64,000 bases of DNA, taken from assembly GCA_049513715.1 (NCBI GenBank), contig JBEKVV010000001.1, positions 768,001 through 832,000 of the forward strand, written 5' to 3'. Shown in pieces: positions 29,802-39,756 of the stretch. The DNA comes from Candidatus Bathyarchaeia archaeon. GTDB taxonomy: Archaea > Thermoproteota > Bathyarchaeia > 40CM-2-53-6. The position numbers and the translations under genes are program-made. A model generated the notes under the pieces. That model was not told where the DNA came from. It worked only from the letters and a program-made list of their open reading frames with translations, and ran no database searches. Numbering within the stretch: position 1 is the first letter of the stretch; every line of letters begins with the position of its first letter.

Positions 29802-30053
29802 GACTGGCAGACCCAAAAACCTAGTGCGCCGATGTTGTCACTGCAATCCCGACGAACAACGACCAAATTCCAAAAACACATGACCGATTTGTCACGTCCG
29901 CTCGGGTTGAGTTCATACGACCATAAGAGATCGTGTCACGTGACATACTTTTCTGAAAATAAATATAAGATCATAGCGGATCCGGACACATCATGTTCCG
30001 AACGTGACGCGTGCATCGTTTTCCCGACGCCAATAATCGAAGGGTCGCGGGTG

Positions 30054-30563
30054 CTAAGTATCTTTGCTGGCGCGTAATCTGGACATGATCAAATCAGCTA
30101 CCTTGTCCGGGTTCGGAACGTCGACCATTTCTGCGACAATGTTTTCACCAGGCTCCGTCCCGCGAACTAAGCCGTAGCCACTCTTTGTCACAGGAACAAC
30201 GTCCCCATACTTCGCCAATCGACCCACAATACTCTGCGAAACCTGCACATCGCTGATAGACGAGAACGGAATGCGCCGAACACTACGACGCAACAACTGC
30301 TTCTTCACAACAACATCAGAGTCAGTAATCAGATACGTGAACGCGTTCCTACGAACAACACCAATCAACACGCCCAGGAGGCCTATGCCAATCAATCCCA
30401 AGGCTGCATAGCGTAGGAGAGAACCAGCAGATGAAAGTGGAGACTGGAAAAGAAAGCTCACAACGTAAACCACGAGACCCAACAATACTACGACAAAACC
30501 CTTCCAAGCGAACGGCACAAAACTCGGTTTAATCTTAATGTCTTGTTTCGCTTGAGCTGACAA
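30054..30563 (-). CDS. membrane protein with bacterial-type PH domain
   Basis: Two TM helices, then Y.ITD..V, IP...I.DV...QS..GR...YGDV. Confidence 0.8.
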   Translation of the reverse strand: MSAQAKQDIKIKPSFVPFAWKGFVVVLLGLVVYVVSFLFQSPLSSAGSLLRYAALGLIGIGLLGVLIGVVRRNAFTYLITDSDVVVKKQLLRRSVRRIPFSSISDVQVSQSIVGRLAKYGDVVPVTKSGYGLVRGTEPGENIVAEMVDVPNPDKVADLIMSRLRASKDT

Positions 30564-30971
30564 AACCTTTCGGCTGGTAAAACAGAGGCTTGCTCCGATA
30601 AGGGTTTCTATTAACGATTCGGTTCAACTCAACTGGTGGGCCCGCCCCGCTTCATTAAATGGCTGTACTGTTTGGGTCTCGCCGCAATTCTGTAGGCTAT
30701 CGCGTGGCCACGTGTAAATGCCTCTATTCACTTGCAGTTCCCACAGCGCCTAACGCATTCTCAGGCTTCCGATTCGAATCGCGTCGTTGACCTGCACCTA
30801 GGACAAAGCGAATAAAACGGCGACATGGATGAGTCAGACATCTACGCTCTAGTAATCGACTGCGTCAAGAGCTGGATTACATAGTAACATTCATGCCCCC
30901 GGTTATGCAGAACAATGCTTACATATGTGTACTGATATCTATATATCAGGCAAGGAAGGTGAAAAGAAATC

Positions 30972-31121
30972 ATGAGGGGTAAAAACCAGCAGATAAAGGG
31001 TAAACTTCGTGAACTAGAAGGCAAATTAACATTGAATATGGGCCAAGAGATTAAGGGTAAGGCTGAACAGCGGGTAGGAAAGGTTCGCGAAAAATTGGAA
31101 AAGGCTAAGGCATCGATTTGA
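30972..31121 (+). CDS. CsbD-family stress microprotein
   Basis: MRGKNQQIKGKLRELEGKLT...EIKGKAEQRVGKVREK, GGTGA RBS. Confidence 0.7.
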   Translation: MRGKNQQIKGKLRELEGKLTLNMGQEIKGKAEQRVGKVREKLEKAKASI

Positions 31122-31255
31122 GTTGGATTTCTAGGTGACGATTAAGCGAATAGCTTAATCGTACGTTTTTTCTTTTGCATCATAGACCTGCCACAGTAGA
31201 CTAAGGGATGGTGGCGGACACCAACGGTTAACTCCTGTCGCAGTCATTCGAGGCT

Positions 31256-31573
31256 CTAGCTTTTTTCTCCGGGCTTGCTTCGCGAAAATATGTCCCGTAC
31301 CTTTGAAAGGATTCTTTGTGATACAGAACCGCTTTGAAAACGTGTCTTCTTGTAATCTCTAACTTCCCCTGTCCCGGAAACGGTTACATTGGCGTATTGG
31401 GTGCCCTTTGTTTTTTCCGTCTGCATCGCCCAGGAAATTTCCAATACCCATATGTCTTGCCGTTCTACTGATTTGATTTCCGCTTGTGCGCCTGATTCCT
31501 CTTTCTTGACATACTCCAGGGCGATTTTCTTTGCTTCAGCTTCATCGATCGTTCTTGGCATAGAGACATTCAC
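31256..31573 (-). CDS. hypothetical protein, PepSY-like
   Basis: IDEAEAKKIALEYV...V.V..TGEV pattern. Confidence 0.5.
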   Translation of the reverse strand: MNVSMPRTIDEAEAKKIALEYVKKEESGAQAEIKSVERQDIWVLEISWAMQTEKTKGTQYANVTVSGTGEVRDYKKTRFQSGSVSQRILSKVRDIFSRSKPGEKS

Positions 31574-31780
31574 GTTGCCTCTACAAGTTTAACCCTTTCG
31601 GGCCACTATCCTTCGTTCAGACCATCGTCAAATGTAAGCTTCGGTGGTGAGTCTCATGGTGCGCGGGATCTAGATCGATTGGCTCCTTGCTGGGTACGTA
31701 GGTACTCTGAAATTCGACGTATAACTGAGACTTAATACTCACCGAATGGCATGTGGTGGTTTTCTGTTGAGATTTGGTTT

Positions 31781-34468
31781 CTAGAGTCGGCTGCAGATTT
31801 TCTTTGATACTATTGCTGAGGATATGAAGAGCGTCGATAGCACTATTGTGGCTGTGGATATTATGAGGGCTGGTTGTGATGCGAGTAGCTCTCCGAACAT
31901 CAGAGCCCCTAATCCGCCGAAGAGCATGGCGGCGAGCGCTCTCTCAAGCATCCCCTGACCCTTCCAATTGCGGAGACGCCTGAACCTGGCTCTTAGGACT
32001 CCTAATGGTACTCCCAAGTAGAAAGCGCCAATCAGGAAACTTGCCAGTAGGCCGGATATTAGTACGGCAAGCTCGGGGTAGGCGGAGGTTGCTGAGAACA
32101 GGTTTGATGTTAGGTATAGGATTCCTACGAGCGGATAGAGCACGCCCTTCATCACCGTTCGCTCAACCCAATGAGTGTTCAAGTACGCGGCAACGCTGGG
32201 GCTGAACGAATAGTACCAAGCGTTGAAAACCAACATGAAACTGGAACCAGACTTGGTGCCCATAATTGAATTGTCACGGAAGTTGCGGAGCAACTGAACC
32301 TCAGGCGCCACTTGCGAACCATAAGTTGCAGTCGCGATGAGACACAACGGTTTTTGTGGTGGCGCGGTGCTGGATGTAATCGTGGATGTAATCGTAGTTG
32401 AAGAGGACGTGACCTGAATAGTCACATTCGCTGTATGTATAAGCAATCCACTGAACCCGGTGACCTGTAGCAGGTAGCTTCCCGTTGTGGATGTGAGGGA
32501 AGTGGTTATGGTTAGAGTCGAGGAGGCGACTGCGTTTGACAATGGGGTTACAGGTCCATCGAGGTTGATCGTGACTCCGTCAGGAGCTATGCTACTCCAG
32601 GAGGCTGACAGTGAGACGCTGGAACTGAATGCGTTTTGTGAATAGACAGATATCGTTGCCGTCTTTGAACTTCCCTGATTTATCATGATCGTCGCTGACG
32701 AAACTCCAATTGCGAAGTCTTGCAAGCCAGCCCGAATCACGGTTACCGTCAAGCTTGTGGAATGCGACAGGGACCCGCTTGCTGCAATAATCGGTATAAT
32801 GTAAGTTCCCGTTGGTGTTGATCCTGCGACTGATACGATAAGCTGGGCGGCTGCGGTTCCCGCTAACGGCACAAGCATAGGGCTCGCAGTGAAGCTAAGG
32901 CTCAATCCGTTCACGGCGGTTGTTGTGAGAGTAACAGGAGAGGAGAATGTGCCGGAAGCTTGCAATGTTACCGTTGAGGTTGTTTGTGAGCCCTGGATCA
33001 CATTAATCGTTGTCGGTGAAATTGAGATGCTGAAGTCGCCTCCTGATACTATGACCTGGATCAAGATATTCACCGCATGGCTAAGTGAACCGCTCGTCCC
33101 TACTACGTTGAGCGTGTAGGTTCCCACTTGAGCAGTAGTCGAGGCGGAAAATGTTACGGCAGCAAGAGTCGACCCATCGTCCGGCGGGGTGGCAGATCCA
33201 GGAATAGTGAAGGATAGCCCTTGAGGGGATATGCCAAACCAGGATGCGGACAGGGTGATGGGCGACGTAAAGTGGTTAATTGAGGACACATAGACGGTTC
33301 CTCCCGAGCTCGCTCCTTGATTAATTCCGATCGGAGCAGACAAAGAGGTGATGGAAAAGTCTGGGCTCGCAGCTTGCGATACGATAATTGTGATGGTTGT
33401 GCTATGCGTTAACCCTCCGCCGATTCCAGTAATCAGCATCGGATAAGTTCCCGAACTAGCCGACGGACTAACTGATATGACCGCGGTTGCAGTTGCTGCC
33501 CCTCCCGGCAATTCGGTCATCGGATTTGGTGAGAAATTCAAAGACACCCCGGAGGGACCATTGGCTGTTAGTTCTACGGCAGAAGAGAATCCGCCGAAAG
33601 AGCTCACGGTTACAGTGGCGGTCGTAGATGTGCCAGGCCGCATGCTGAGGCTCGAAGGCGCAACTGCGATAGTGAAATCCATAGGTAAAACCACCTGCAA
33701 AGTGAACTGGGTCGAATGAACGATTACGCTTTGAGAGACACCTAACGGGTCGCTTGTACCGGTCACGGCGATAGGGTAAAGCCCAACAGCAACCCATGAC
33801 GGAACGGAAACCGAAAGGAATGAGGTAGCTGATGTACCATAAGGGCTCGAAACGCCTGACGGCGGAAACAAGTGGCTTTGCGAGAAACTCAAAGACACAC
33901 CCGAAGGTTCCCCGCTATGTATCAAAGATACGCCTGAAGAGAAACCGTTGAAGGAGAAGACGGTGACGGTCGAGGATCCGTGTCCACCGGGTGCTATGTT
34001 GAGGACTGGCGGGGAGACAGAGATCCCGAAGTCCTGCGGGACAGTCCTGGGTGTTACTTGCAGGCCAAACGCATAAGTGTGGATAGTTGAACCACTCGAT
34101 CCAACAAGCGTGAGATAGTATGTGTTACCGGACACACTTGAATCAACCGTGAACGACGCGGTTGTGGTCACGGAACCTCCCGCAGGCGGCGTAACAGGAT
34201 TTGAGCTGAGATTAACCGTCACACCAACCGGAAGGACTGAGAAAAACAGTTGCACCGGACCACTGAATCCGTTCACCGAAGTAACGGTTACAACCACGCT
34301 CGCTTGCGAACCTGCCACCAAATTCAAACTGGAAGGTGAAGCGGCCAGCGCGAATGTAGGAAGCAGTTGCGCATTTACCGCCATGGCGAAAGAGGAAAAT
34401 AACGTAAGGAGAATTATTACTGTTTGAAGGAAAGCTCTTTTTCCTTTCTCACTCAAGTTGCTCCACAC
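31781..34468 (-). CDS. large Ser/Thr-rich surface protein with about six Ig-like repeats and a CFI-box-CTERM-type domain
   Basis: Signal peptide; repeats of DF.I...P...GTY...V.G.SG.L.H; CLIATATYGS..PEVQLLRNFRD; C-terminal TM helices. Confidence 0.85.
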   Translation of the reverse strand: MWSNLSEKGKRAFLQTVIILLTLFSSFAMAVNAQLLPTFALAASPSSLNLVAGSQASVVVTVTSVNGFSGPVQLFFSVLPVGVTVNLSSNPVTPPAGGSVTTTASFTVDSSVSGNTYYLTLVGSSGSTIHTYAFGLQVTPRTVPQDFGISVSPPVLNIAPGGHGSSTVTVFSFNGFSSGVSLIHSGEPSGVSLSFSQSHLFPPSGVSSPYGTSATSFLSVSVPSWVAVGLYPIAVTGTSDPLGVSQSVIVHSTQFTLQVVLPMDFTIAVAPSSLSMRPGTSTTATVTVSSFGGFSSAVELTANGPSGVSLNFSPNPMTELPGGAATATAVISVSPSASSGTYPMLITGIGGGLTHSTTITIIVSQAASPDFSITSLSAPIGINQGASSGGTVYVSSINHFTSPITLSASWFGISPQGLSFTIPGSATPPDDGSTLAAVTFSASTTAQVGTYTLNVVGTSGSLSHAVNILIQVIVSGGDFSISISPTTINVIQGSQTTSTVTLQASGTFSSPVTLTTTAVNGLSLSFTASPMLVPLAGTAAAQLIVSVAGSTPTGTYIIPIIAASGSLSHSTSLTVTVIRAGLQDFAIGVSSATIMINQGSSKTATISVYSQNAFSSSVSLSASWSSIAPDGVTINLDGPVTPLSNAVASSTLTITTSLTSTTGSYLLQVTGFSGLLIHTANVTIQVTSSSTTITSTITSSTAPPQKPLCLIATATYGSQVAPEVQLLRNFRDNSIMGTKSGSSFMLVFNAWYYSFSPSVAAYLNTHWVERTVMKGVLYPLVGILYLTSNLFSATSAYPELAVLISGLLASFLIGAFYLGVPLGVLRARFRRLRNWKGQGMLERALAAMLFGGLGALMFGELLASQPALIISTATIVLSTLFISSAIVSKKICSRL

Positions 34469-34532
34469 CTATTGGTCGAGGGAGGTACACAAGATAATCG
34501 CATGTTCCTTCGCTCGTTCATGCTGAGTTCAT

Positions 34533-34850
34533 TCAGAGGTACTTCGATGCTAAGCCGACTATGCCGCCGATGAGTACGAGTACACCGCCAAGGCCGCCTC
34601 CGATCAGTCCTACAACTATGAGAACAATATCCCACGTGAGGTCGGTAGCACGTTTGGCGCCATAGATGGCAACAATGCCGAGGATGATTTCAATGATTCC
34701 CCAAAAGGCTCCACCGAGGGACCCAAGCACCGATGGCATGAGCATCATGAAAGCCATTCCCACGAAGCTCAGGAGACCCTGGATTACGAGGATTACTCCG
34801 CCAATCAGTGCGAGAATGTACGCAAGCCTTCCTAAGGAAGCTTTAGCCAT
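34533..34850 (-). CDS. Gly-rich small membrane protein
   Basis: Three to four hydrophobic Gly-rich helices. Confidence 0.7.
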   Translation of the reverse strand: MAKASLGRLAYILALIGGVILVIQGLLSFVGMAFMMLMPSVLGSLGGAFWGIIEIILGIVAIYGAKRATDLTWDIVLIVVGLIGGGLGGVLVLIGGIVGLASKYL

Positions 34851-34873
34851 CGAGGATCATCCAACTTTAGATT

Positions 34874-35134
34874 CTAAAAGAGTTTCAGTAGGTACGGCAG
34901 GGCTAGGAAGATTATTCCCACGATGACCATGATGATGCCGACCCATTTCGCTAGCTTCCCCGCGAAGAACACGATCACACCTAGAATTATCACAACGATT
35001 GGGTTCAGTGTCAGCAGCCACTGGTACGCTGAATTAGCCATGGAACCTGCACTTTGATTCGCACCGAATTCGTTAAGGATCCTAAACAGACTTACACCAA
35101 GTAAAGGCGCTATCATAGAATAGATCTTGCTCAT
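34874..35134 (-). CDS. small membrane protein
   Basis: C-terminal hydrophobic helices; ATG 35134 lies 22 nt from conserved element copy 2. Confidence 0.6.
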   Translation of the reverse strand: MSKIYSMIAPLLGVSLFRILNEFGANQSAGSMANSAYQWLLTLNPIVVIILGVIVFFAGKLAKWVGIIMVIVGIIFLALPYLLKLF

Positions 35135-35155
35135 ATCAATCAAGTCACGATGTGA

Positions 35156-35198
35156 CATAGTTGAATCGTGCTTATAAGGCTATATATTTATATCGTTA
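35156..35198 (-). promoter_or_regulatory. conserved upstream element, copy 2
   Basis: catagttgaatcgtgcttataaggctatatatttatatcgtta. Confidence 0.7.
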
Positions 35199-35233
35199 AT
35201 GCTGAAGGTAGCGTATCTCCGGGAATCTAGACT

Positions 35234-35452
35234 TTGGGCAAGATGTACATGGTTCTTTCTGACGAGACGGAACGCACACTCCGACTGGCCGTTGTCACAA
35301 TTCTCCGCTGAAGGAAGGGCGATCTAAGCAGTGCAATCGAGGTGGCTATCAAAGAATGGCTGGACAAACATGCCACAGAAGCCAACATTACCAAATGGGT
35401 GCGCGGCCAGCTGCATGAAAGAGGTCCAGGGAGACCCCGTGCTTCGAAATGA
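35234..35452 (+). pseudogene. ribbon-helix-helix regulator paralogue with an internal stop
   Basis: MGKMYMVLSDETERTLRLAVVTILR*RKGDLSSAIEVAIKEWL; TGA at 35309; similar to the ORF at 35867. Confidence 0.65.
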
Positions 35453-35866
35453 TCTTTGTGGATCATGTGCGACCAATATTGAACCTCGAATTCAGATGGT
35501 TAGCTTCAAGGTTTACTGTTGTTAGAACTCATCGCTCCTCTTTCATAATTCTGGCATACTCTAAGTCATTCTAATTACTTGTAGGCGGAAATCCCTCTTC
35601 TTCACGCATTTCTGGAACCGCAGTATCTCTGCATGAGTATTACGGGAATCGCCCGTAACCGGGAAGAAGTTTGAGCTCTAACGAAGAATCAACCAAGGAA
35701 CGAGAACAATGAGCATGATCCCAAAAAGACCGATGTGTACACGCATTTTGAATCTCCCTCCAAGACCTACTGAAATTCAGCCGCAGTTATAGAGCTACAT
35801 CTGTATGACGTTAAATATACAAGCTTATATCGTGCTTTGCGTGTATACAGTTCAGCCAGATATCCT

Positions 35867-36034
35867 TTGGGAAAAATCTACGTGGTACTCTCGGATGACA
35901 CAGAGCGCCGACTGCGATTGACAATCGTGAAGAGGCTCGGAGGGAAGAAAGGAGACCTCAGTGTCGCGATAGAGGAAGCTGTCAGTGACTGGCTAGGTAA
36001 GGACTGGTTGAAGCCTGGAGATCATCGGACGTAA
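35867..36034 (+). CDS. ribbon-helix-helix DNA-binding protein
   Basis: MGKIYVVLSDDTERRLR...KGDLSVAIEEAVSDWL. Confidence 0.7.
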   Translation: MGKIYVVLSDDTERRLRLTIVKRLGGKKGDLSVAIEEAVSDWLGKDWLKPGDHRT

Positions 36035-36055
36035 GAAGGGAGGTGAAGAAAAGAA

Positions 36056-36346
36056 ATGTCATGTGCATGTATTGGGAACAATTATTACGGTCGCAGACCG
36101 GACTATATGTTCGCTCCGTCGTATGGTTATCCTTCGTACGGTTACGGCTACGGTTCGTATGGATATCCTTACTACAATAACTATTATGGACAGGGTTCGT
36201 ATGGTTATCCGTCGTATGGTTATCCGTCGTATGGTTATCCGTCGTATGGTTATCCTTCGTACGGTTACGGCTACGGTTCGTATGGATATCCTTACTACAA
36301 TAACTATTATGGACAGGGTTCGTATGGTTATCCGTACTATTGGTAA
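36056..36346 (+). CDS. Tyr/Gly-rich low-complexity repeat protein
   Basis: GGAGGTGA RBS; SYGYP repeats. Confidence 0.7.
   Translation: MSCACIGNNYYGRRPDYMFAPSYGYPSYGYGYGSYGYPYYNNYYGQGSYGYPSYGYPSYGYPSYGYPSYGYGYGSYGYPYYNNYYGQGSYGYPYYW
36116..36335 (+). repeat. intragenic direct repeats
   Basis: Two identical copies of about 97 bp (36116-36212, 36239-36335) linked by 15-bp cgtatggttatccgt units. Confidence 0.9.
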
Positions 36347-36360
36347 TCAGAGCATCGAAA

Positions 36361-36408
36361 CTAAACCGACTAGACCGAGCACTGATGGTGCTCGTCCTCT
36401 CTTCTCTC
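36361..36408 (+). terminator. conserved 3' hairpin with pyrimidine tract, copy 1
   Basis: cgagcac-tgatg-gtgctcg followed by a C/T tract; second copy on the - strand at 46915-46964. Confidence 0.55.
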
Positions 36409-36509
36409 ATTCAATTGAAGCGTTGAAAACACAGGCTGTTAGCTCAAGAGCAGCATAAGAGTCATGGGTATCGCATCAAAACGATACGGACCAAACAGGC
36501 TATGGGGAA

Positions 36510-36935
36510 GTGGAGGTTGTGACTCCAAGGAACAAAACTGCCGGTATCCTGTGCATTGTGGGTGGTGCTCTTCTTGTGGTCGCAGGAACCACCGGCATGA
36601 AGCCCTTGCTGGAGGAAATCCTGAAGTACATTCAACCAACAGTTGATGCGTTCCCGATCCTCGCCACAATTTTCAAGGCGCTGATATTCATAGCCGCCCT
36701 TGGTGGAATCTCTGTCATAATAGGTGGGCTCTTGACCTTCCACGTCCCAAGGATAGGAAAGCTCTTGGTAATGCTCGGTGCCGGATTAGGTCTGCTCGGT
36801 TTCATGATCCCCATGAGCCTCGCTTGGCACCAAGGAATACCAATCAACGAATTGTTCGAAGGATATGTCTCATCGACGGGGGGGTACGTGCTGGGCATCA
36901 TGCTTACGATAATTGGGCGCCTCATCGCGAAGTAA
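36510..36935 (+). CDS. small membrane protein
   Basis: Four hydrophobic helices, IAALGGISVIIGG. Confidence 0.7.
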   Translation: MEVVTPRNKTAGILCIVGGALLVVAGTTGMKPLLEEILKYIQPTVDAFPILATIFKALIFIAALGGISVIIGGLLTFHVPRIGKLLVMLGAGLGLLGFMIPMSLAWHQGIPINELFEGYVSSTGGYVLGIMLTIIGRLIAK

Positions 36936-36997
36936 ATCATAGCTTACATGGTAGCGCGCCAACCATCTGCCCAACCTGCTGCTGAATCATTCTGCTT

Positions 36998-37234
36998 TCA
37001 TGGAGACTTTCTCTTGGGTTTCTTGACCTTCACTAGCTGTTGCCCATTCAGCCGTGTCCCTTCCCGTTCACGCTCTTCCTCATCCTGCTCCAGTCTATCC
37101 TCGTCCTTTTCCTCTTCGGCACTCTCATCAGCGCCTTCCCGTTCACGCTCTTCCTCGTTCTCCTGTTCCCGCTGATCTTCTTCCTGCTCTCCCTCACGCT
37201 CCTTTTCCTCTTCCTCGTCGGACTCTTCACTCAA
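36998..37234 (-). CDS. Glu/Arg-rich low-complexity protein
   Basis: EEEREREG repeats; 23-bp direct repeat at 37059 and 37134. Confidence 0.45.
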   Translation of the reverse strand: MSEESDEEEEKEREGEQEEDQREQENEEEREREGADESAEEEKDEDRLEQDEEEREREGTRLNGQQLVKVKKPKRKSP

Positions 37235-37504
37235 TAGTATCGCCTCCGCAGCATTTTCCAGCCTTGTCTCCTTCCGCTCTATGATTAATGGCTTTTTCTT
37301 GGGGCCTTTTCGCGGCTAGGCGCAGAGACTTGTCGGCGTTCGCATGTGTGAAGGCCCATAACCATTCCTGGGTACATGAAGACCCGGCTTCCAGCTAACA
37401 TAATGTCGTTTGGAGTTTGCACATGGAGCGACCCACCTAAATGGTCTAGAAGCTGAGTTGTGTAGCTATTTCTCTCTCTATCAATTTCGACCGGAAGTGA
37501 CCCA

Positions 37505-38791
37505 TTAGGATACGTTTTGTTTAGCGCCGCATTGGGAACAGAATTTGACGTCGGCGGGCAAAAGGGCACCGCATTGGACGCAATGCCCTGCTTGAATGCG
37601 AGGATACTGAGGAGAAGGCAAACCCGAAGGACCGAGACCAGGGCCCAGCTCGAGCTCTTGCCGCGTCTGGATCGTGCTGACAACGTCCTCACGGGTTGCC
37701 ATGCCAACCAGTCGACCCCCGTCGATCACCAAGACGCGCCCGACTTTGTTCCGAGCCATCTTCTGCATTGCATCCAAGGCGGTCACAGAAGACTTCACCA
37801 TTACCGTGTGTTCGAATGGAACCATCGCTTCCCGAACAGTCACGGAATCCCTCTTTTCCTTAGGAACAGTCCGTACGCACTGCAATGTGACTACGCCCAG
37901 AACCTCACCGTTCTTCACAACAGGGTAGCCTCCATGGCGGTGCACAAGGAGATAATCTGAGACGAGCTGCTGAACCGTGATCTCCGGCGGGACGGTCAAG
38001 ACTTCTCTAGTCATGATGTCACCAACCGAAACCCCCAAGAGAGCTTCGCCAACAAGCGTTTGCTTGAGACTGGTTTGCGCCCCGGACCTGATGAACCAAC
38101 CTAGCACTATTACCCATATTCCATCAACGAAGTCTCCGAAGATTATGAACGCGAACCCTCCGAACATCATTAGCAACGAAATGACCTCACTAACTCTTAT
38201 AGCGGTCCTGGTGGCTCCGACGAAATTGTTCGAATGCTTCCAGATGCTTCCACGGAATACCCTGCCGCCATCTAGCGGAAACGCGGGAAGTAGGTTGAAT
38301 GCTCCCAGAATTCCATTGATCAGTGCCGCATAGCCGAGTGTAGCAATTATCGCGACCGGTGCATGAGCAGACTCTCCTAGGTACCATAGTGCTCCCAAGA
38401 CGCCTGCGATTAGGAAACTCATCAAGGGGCCCGCGGCAGCCATACGAACCTCTAAGCCCGGGTCTTGAGGCTCTTCAGTCATCTCAGAGACACCTCCAAA
38501 GAAGAAGAGTGTAATTCTCGCAATCGGAAGTCCGTTTTTCTTCGCTATGTAAGAATGAGAGAGCTCATGTACAAGGACGGAAACGAAGAGGATTATTGCG
38601 GACGCAATACCAATGGCCCAGTAAGTCACGGTGCTAAGGCCCGGATATTGATGAGGCATGTACCCAACCGCGAGCGACCAGGCGATAAGAATGAAAACGA
38701 ACCACAACGTGTAGTGAATTCTGATCGGAATCCCCATGATTCTTCCGAGCCTCACAGACGTCGCTGATAACCTCCTAGGCGGGACCCACAT
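37505..38791 (-). CDS. site-2 (M50) metalloprotease with a CBS pair and C-terminal zinc ribbon
   Basis: HELSH, NLLPAFPLDGG, two CBS domains, CVQCG..CSQCG. Confidence 0.92.
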   Translation of the reverse strand: MWVPPRRLSATSVRLGRIMGIPIRIHYTLWFVFILIAWSLAVGYMPHQYPGLSTVTYWAIGIASAIILFVSVLVHELSHSYIAKKNGLPIARITLFFFGGVSEMTEEPQDPGLEVRMAAAGPLMSFLIAGVLGALWYLGESAHAPVAIIATLGYAALINGILGAFNLLPAFPLDGGRVFRGSIWKHSNNFVGATRTAIRVSEVISLLMMFGGFAFIIFGDFVDGIWVIVLGWFIRSGAQTSLKQTLVGEALLGVSVGDIMTREVLTVPPEITVQQLVSDYLLVHRHGGYPVVKNGEVLGVVTLQCVRTVPKEKRDSVTVREAMVPFEHTVMVKSSVTALDAMQKMARNKVGRVLVIDGGRLVGMATREDVVSTIQTRQELELGPGLGPSGLPSPQYPRIQAGHCVQCGALLPADVKFCSQCGAKQNVS

Positions 38792-38999
38792 GATTCAGGA
38801 CCAATAGAAAAACCCCTTTGGTTGAACAGCAGTCTTATAATTAATGCTGTAACCCGGAGGAGATTCGAGATTCTTTACAGCTATAACTAACGGTTCTAAA
38901 GGCTTAATCTGCACACACGGTTCCAGATCCTTTCAAAAACGCATCGCATACGATAGATTGATGAACACGAGGTGTATGGGTGAATAAGTGTGAGAGAAC

Positions 39000-39398
39000 A
39001 TGAAAGGATACGTAATCCAAATTGAGAAAGAGACGAGGAAGAATGCAGATTTTCGGCGTGTGTTGTATACTGGGAAGCACAGTCAGCTCGTACTCATGAG
39101 CCTTAAACCATTAGAAGAGATTGGTGCAGAGACACACGAGGATGTCGATCAATTCTTTCGATTTGAACGCGGAGAAGGAAAAGTAGTCATTGACGGCGTA
39201 GAACACCTTGTTAAGGACGGGAACGGAATCATCGTTCCTGCGGGCGCTAGACATAATGTAATCAACACCTCTAAGCGAGCGACCCTTAGACTATACACGA
39301 TTTACTCCCCACCTGAACACAAGGATGGTGTGGTCCGCCATACGAAAGGAGAAGCGATGGCAAGTGAGGAGCACTTCGACGGGCGAACCACGGAGTAG
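39000..39398 (+). CDS. cupin domain protein
   Basis: EEIGAETH..DQFF, VPAG..HNV.N, LYTIYSPPEH. Confidence 0.9.
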   Translation: MKGYVIQIEKETRKNADFRRVLYTGKHSQLVLMSLKPLEEIGAETHEDVDQFFRFERGEGKVVIDGVEHLVKDGNGIIVPAGARHNVINTSKRATLRLYTIYSPPEHKDGVVRHTKGEAMASEEHFDGRTTE

Positions 39399-39756
39399 CA
39401 GAACTTAGCCCACCCCATAACCGAATGTCGTTGTAGTGTGGACACGCAACGAATCTCCTTACGAGAGCGTCAATTCGCAATAATCAGAATGACCTCTCGA
39501 CAAAAGAACGGACATACACCCTAAAATAAGCTGCAAATCTCCGACCGCTGCAGCATACCCCATTCTTTCACATTCCCGAGGCCAGGATCCAGATACCGTT
39601 CTGGCGAAACCAATCATAAAAGCCAAGAAAACAGTAGGCATAGTTCATCGTATTCGGATTCAGCTAGTGCCGAATCTTACTTTCTACTCCCTGACTACTT
39701 TGTAGTTAGCGTTTATCTAGCAACTTAGTCATGATGGGATATAGTGATGCCACAGA

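Noticed and set aside
36116..36335. Repeat array as a CRISPR array
   Set aside because: Units are in-frame coding repeats (15 and 123 bp) with no unique spacers, and no cas genes are present.
35982..36458. Alternative-frame ORFs over the Tyr/Gly repeat gene (36063 +, 35982 -)
   Set aside because: Shadow frames of the repeat; the RBS supports the 36056 frame.
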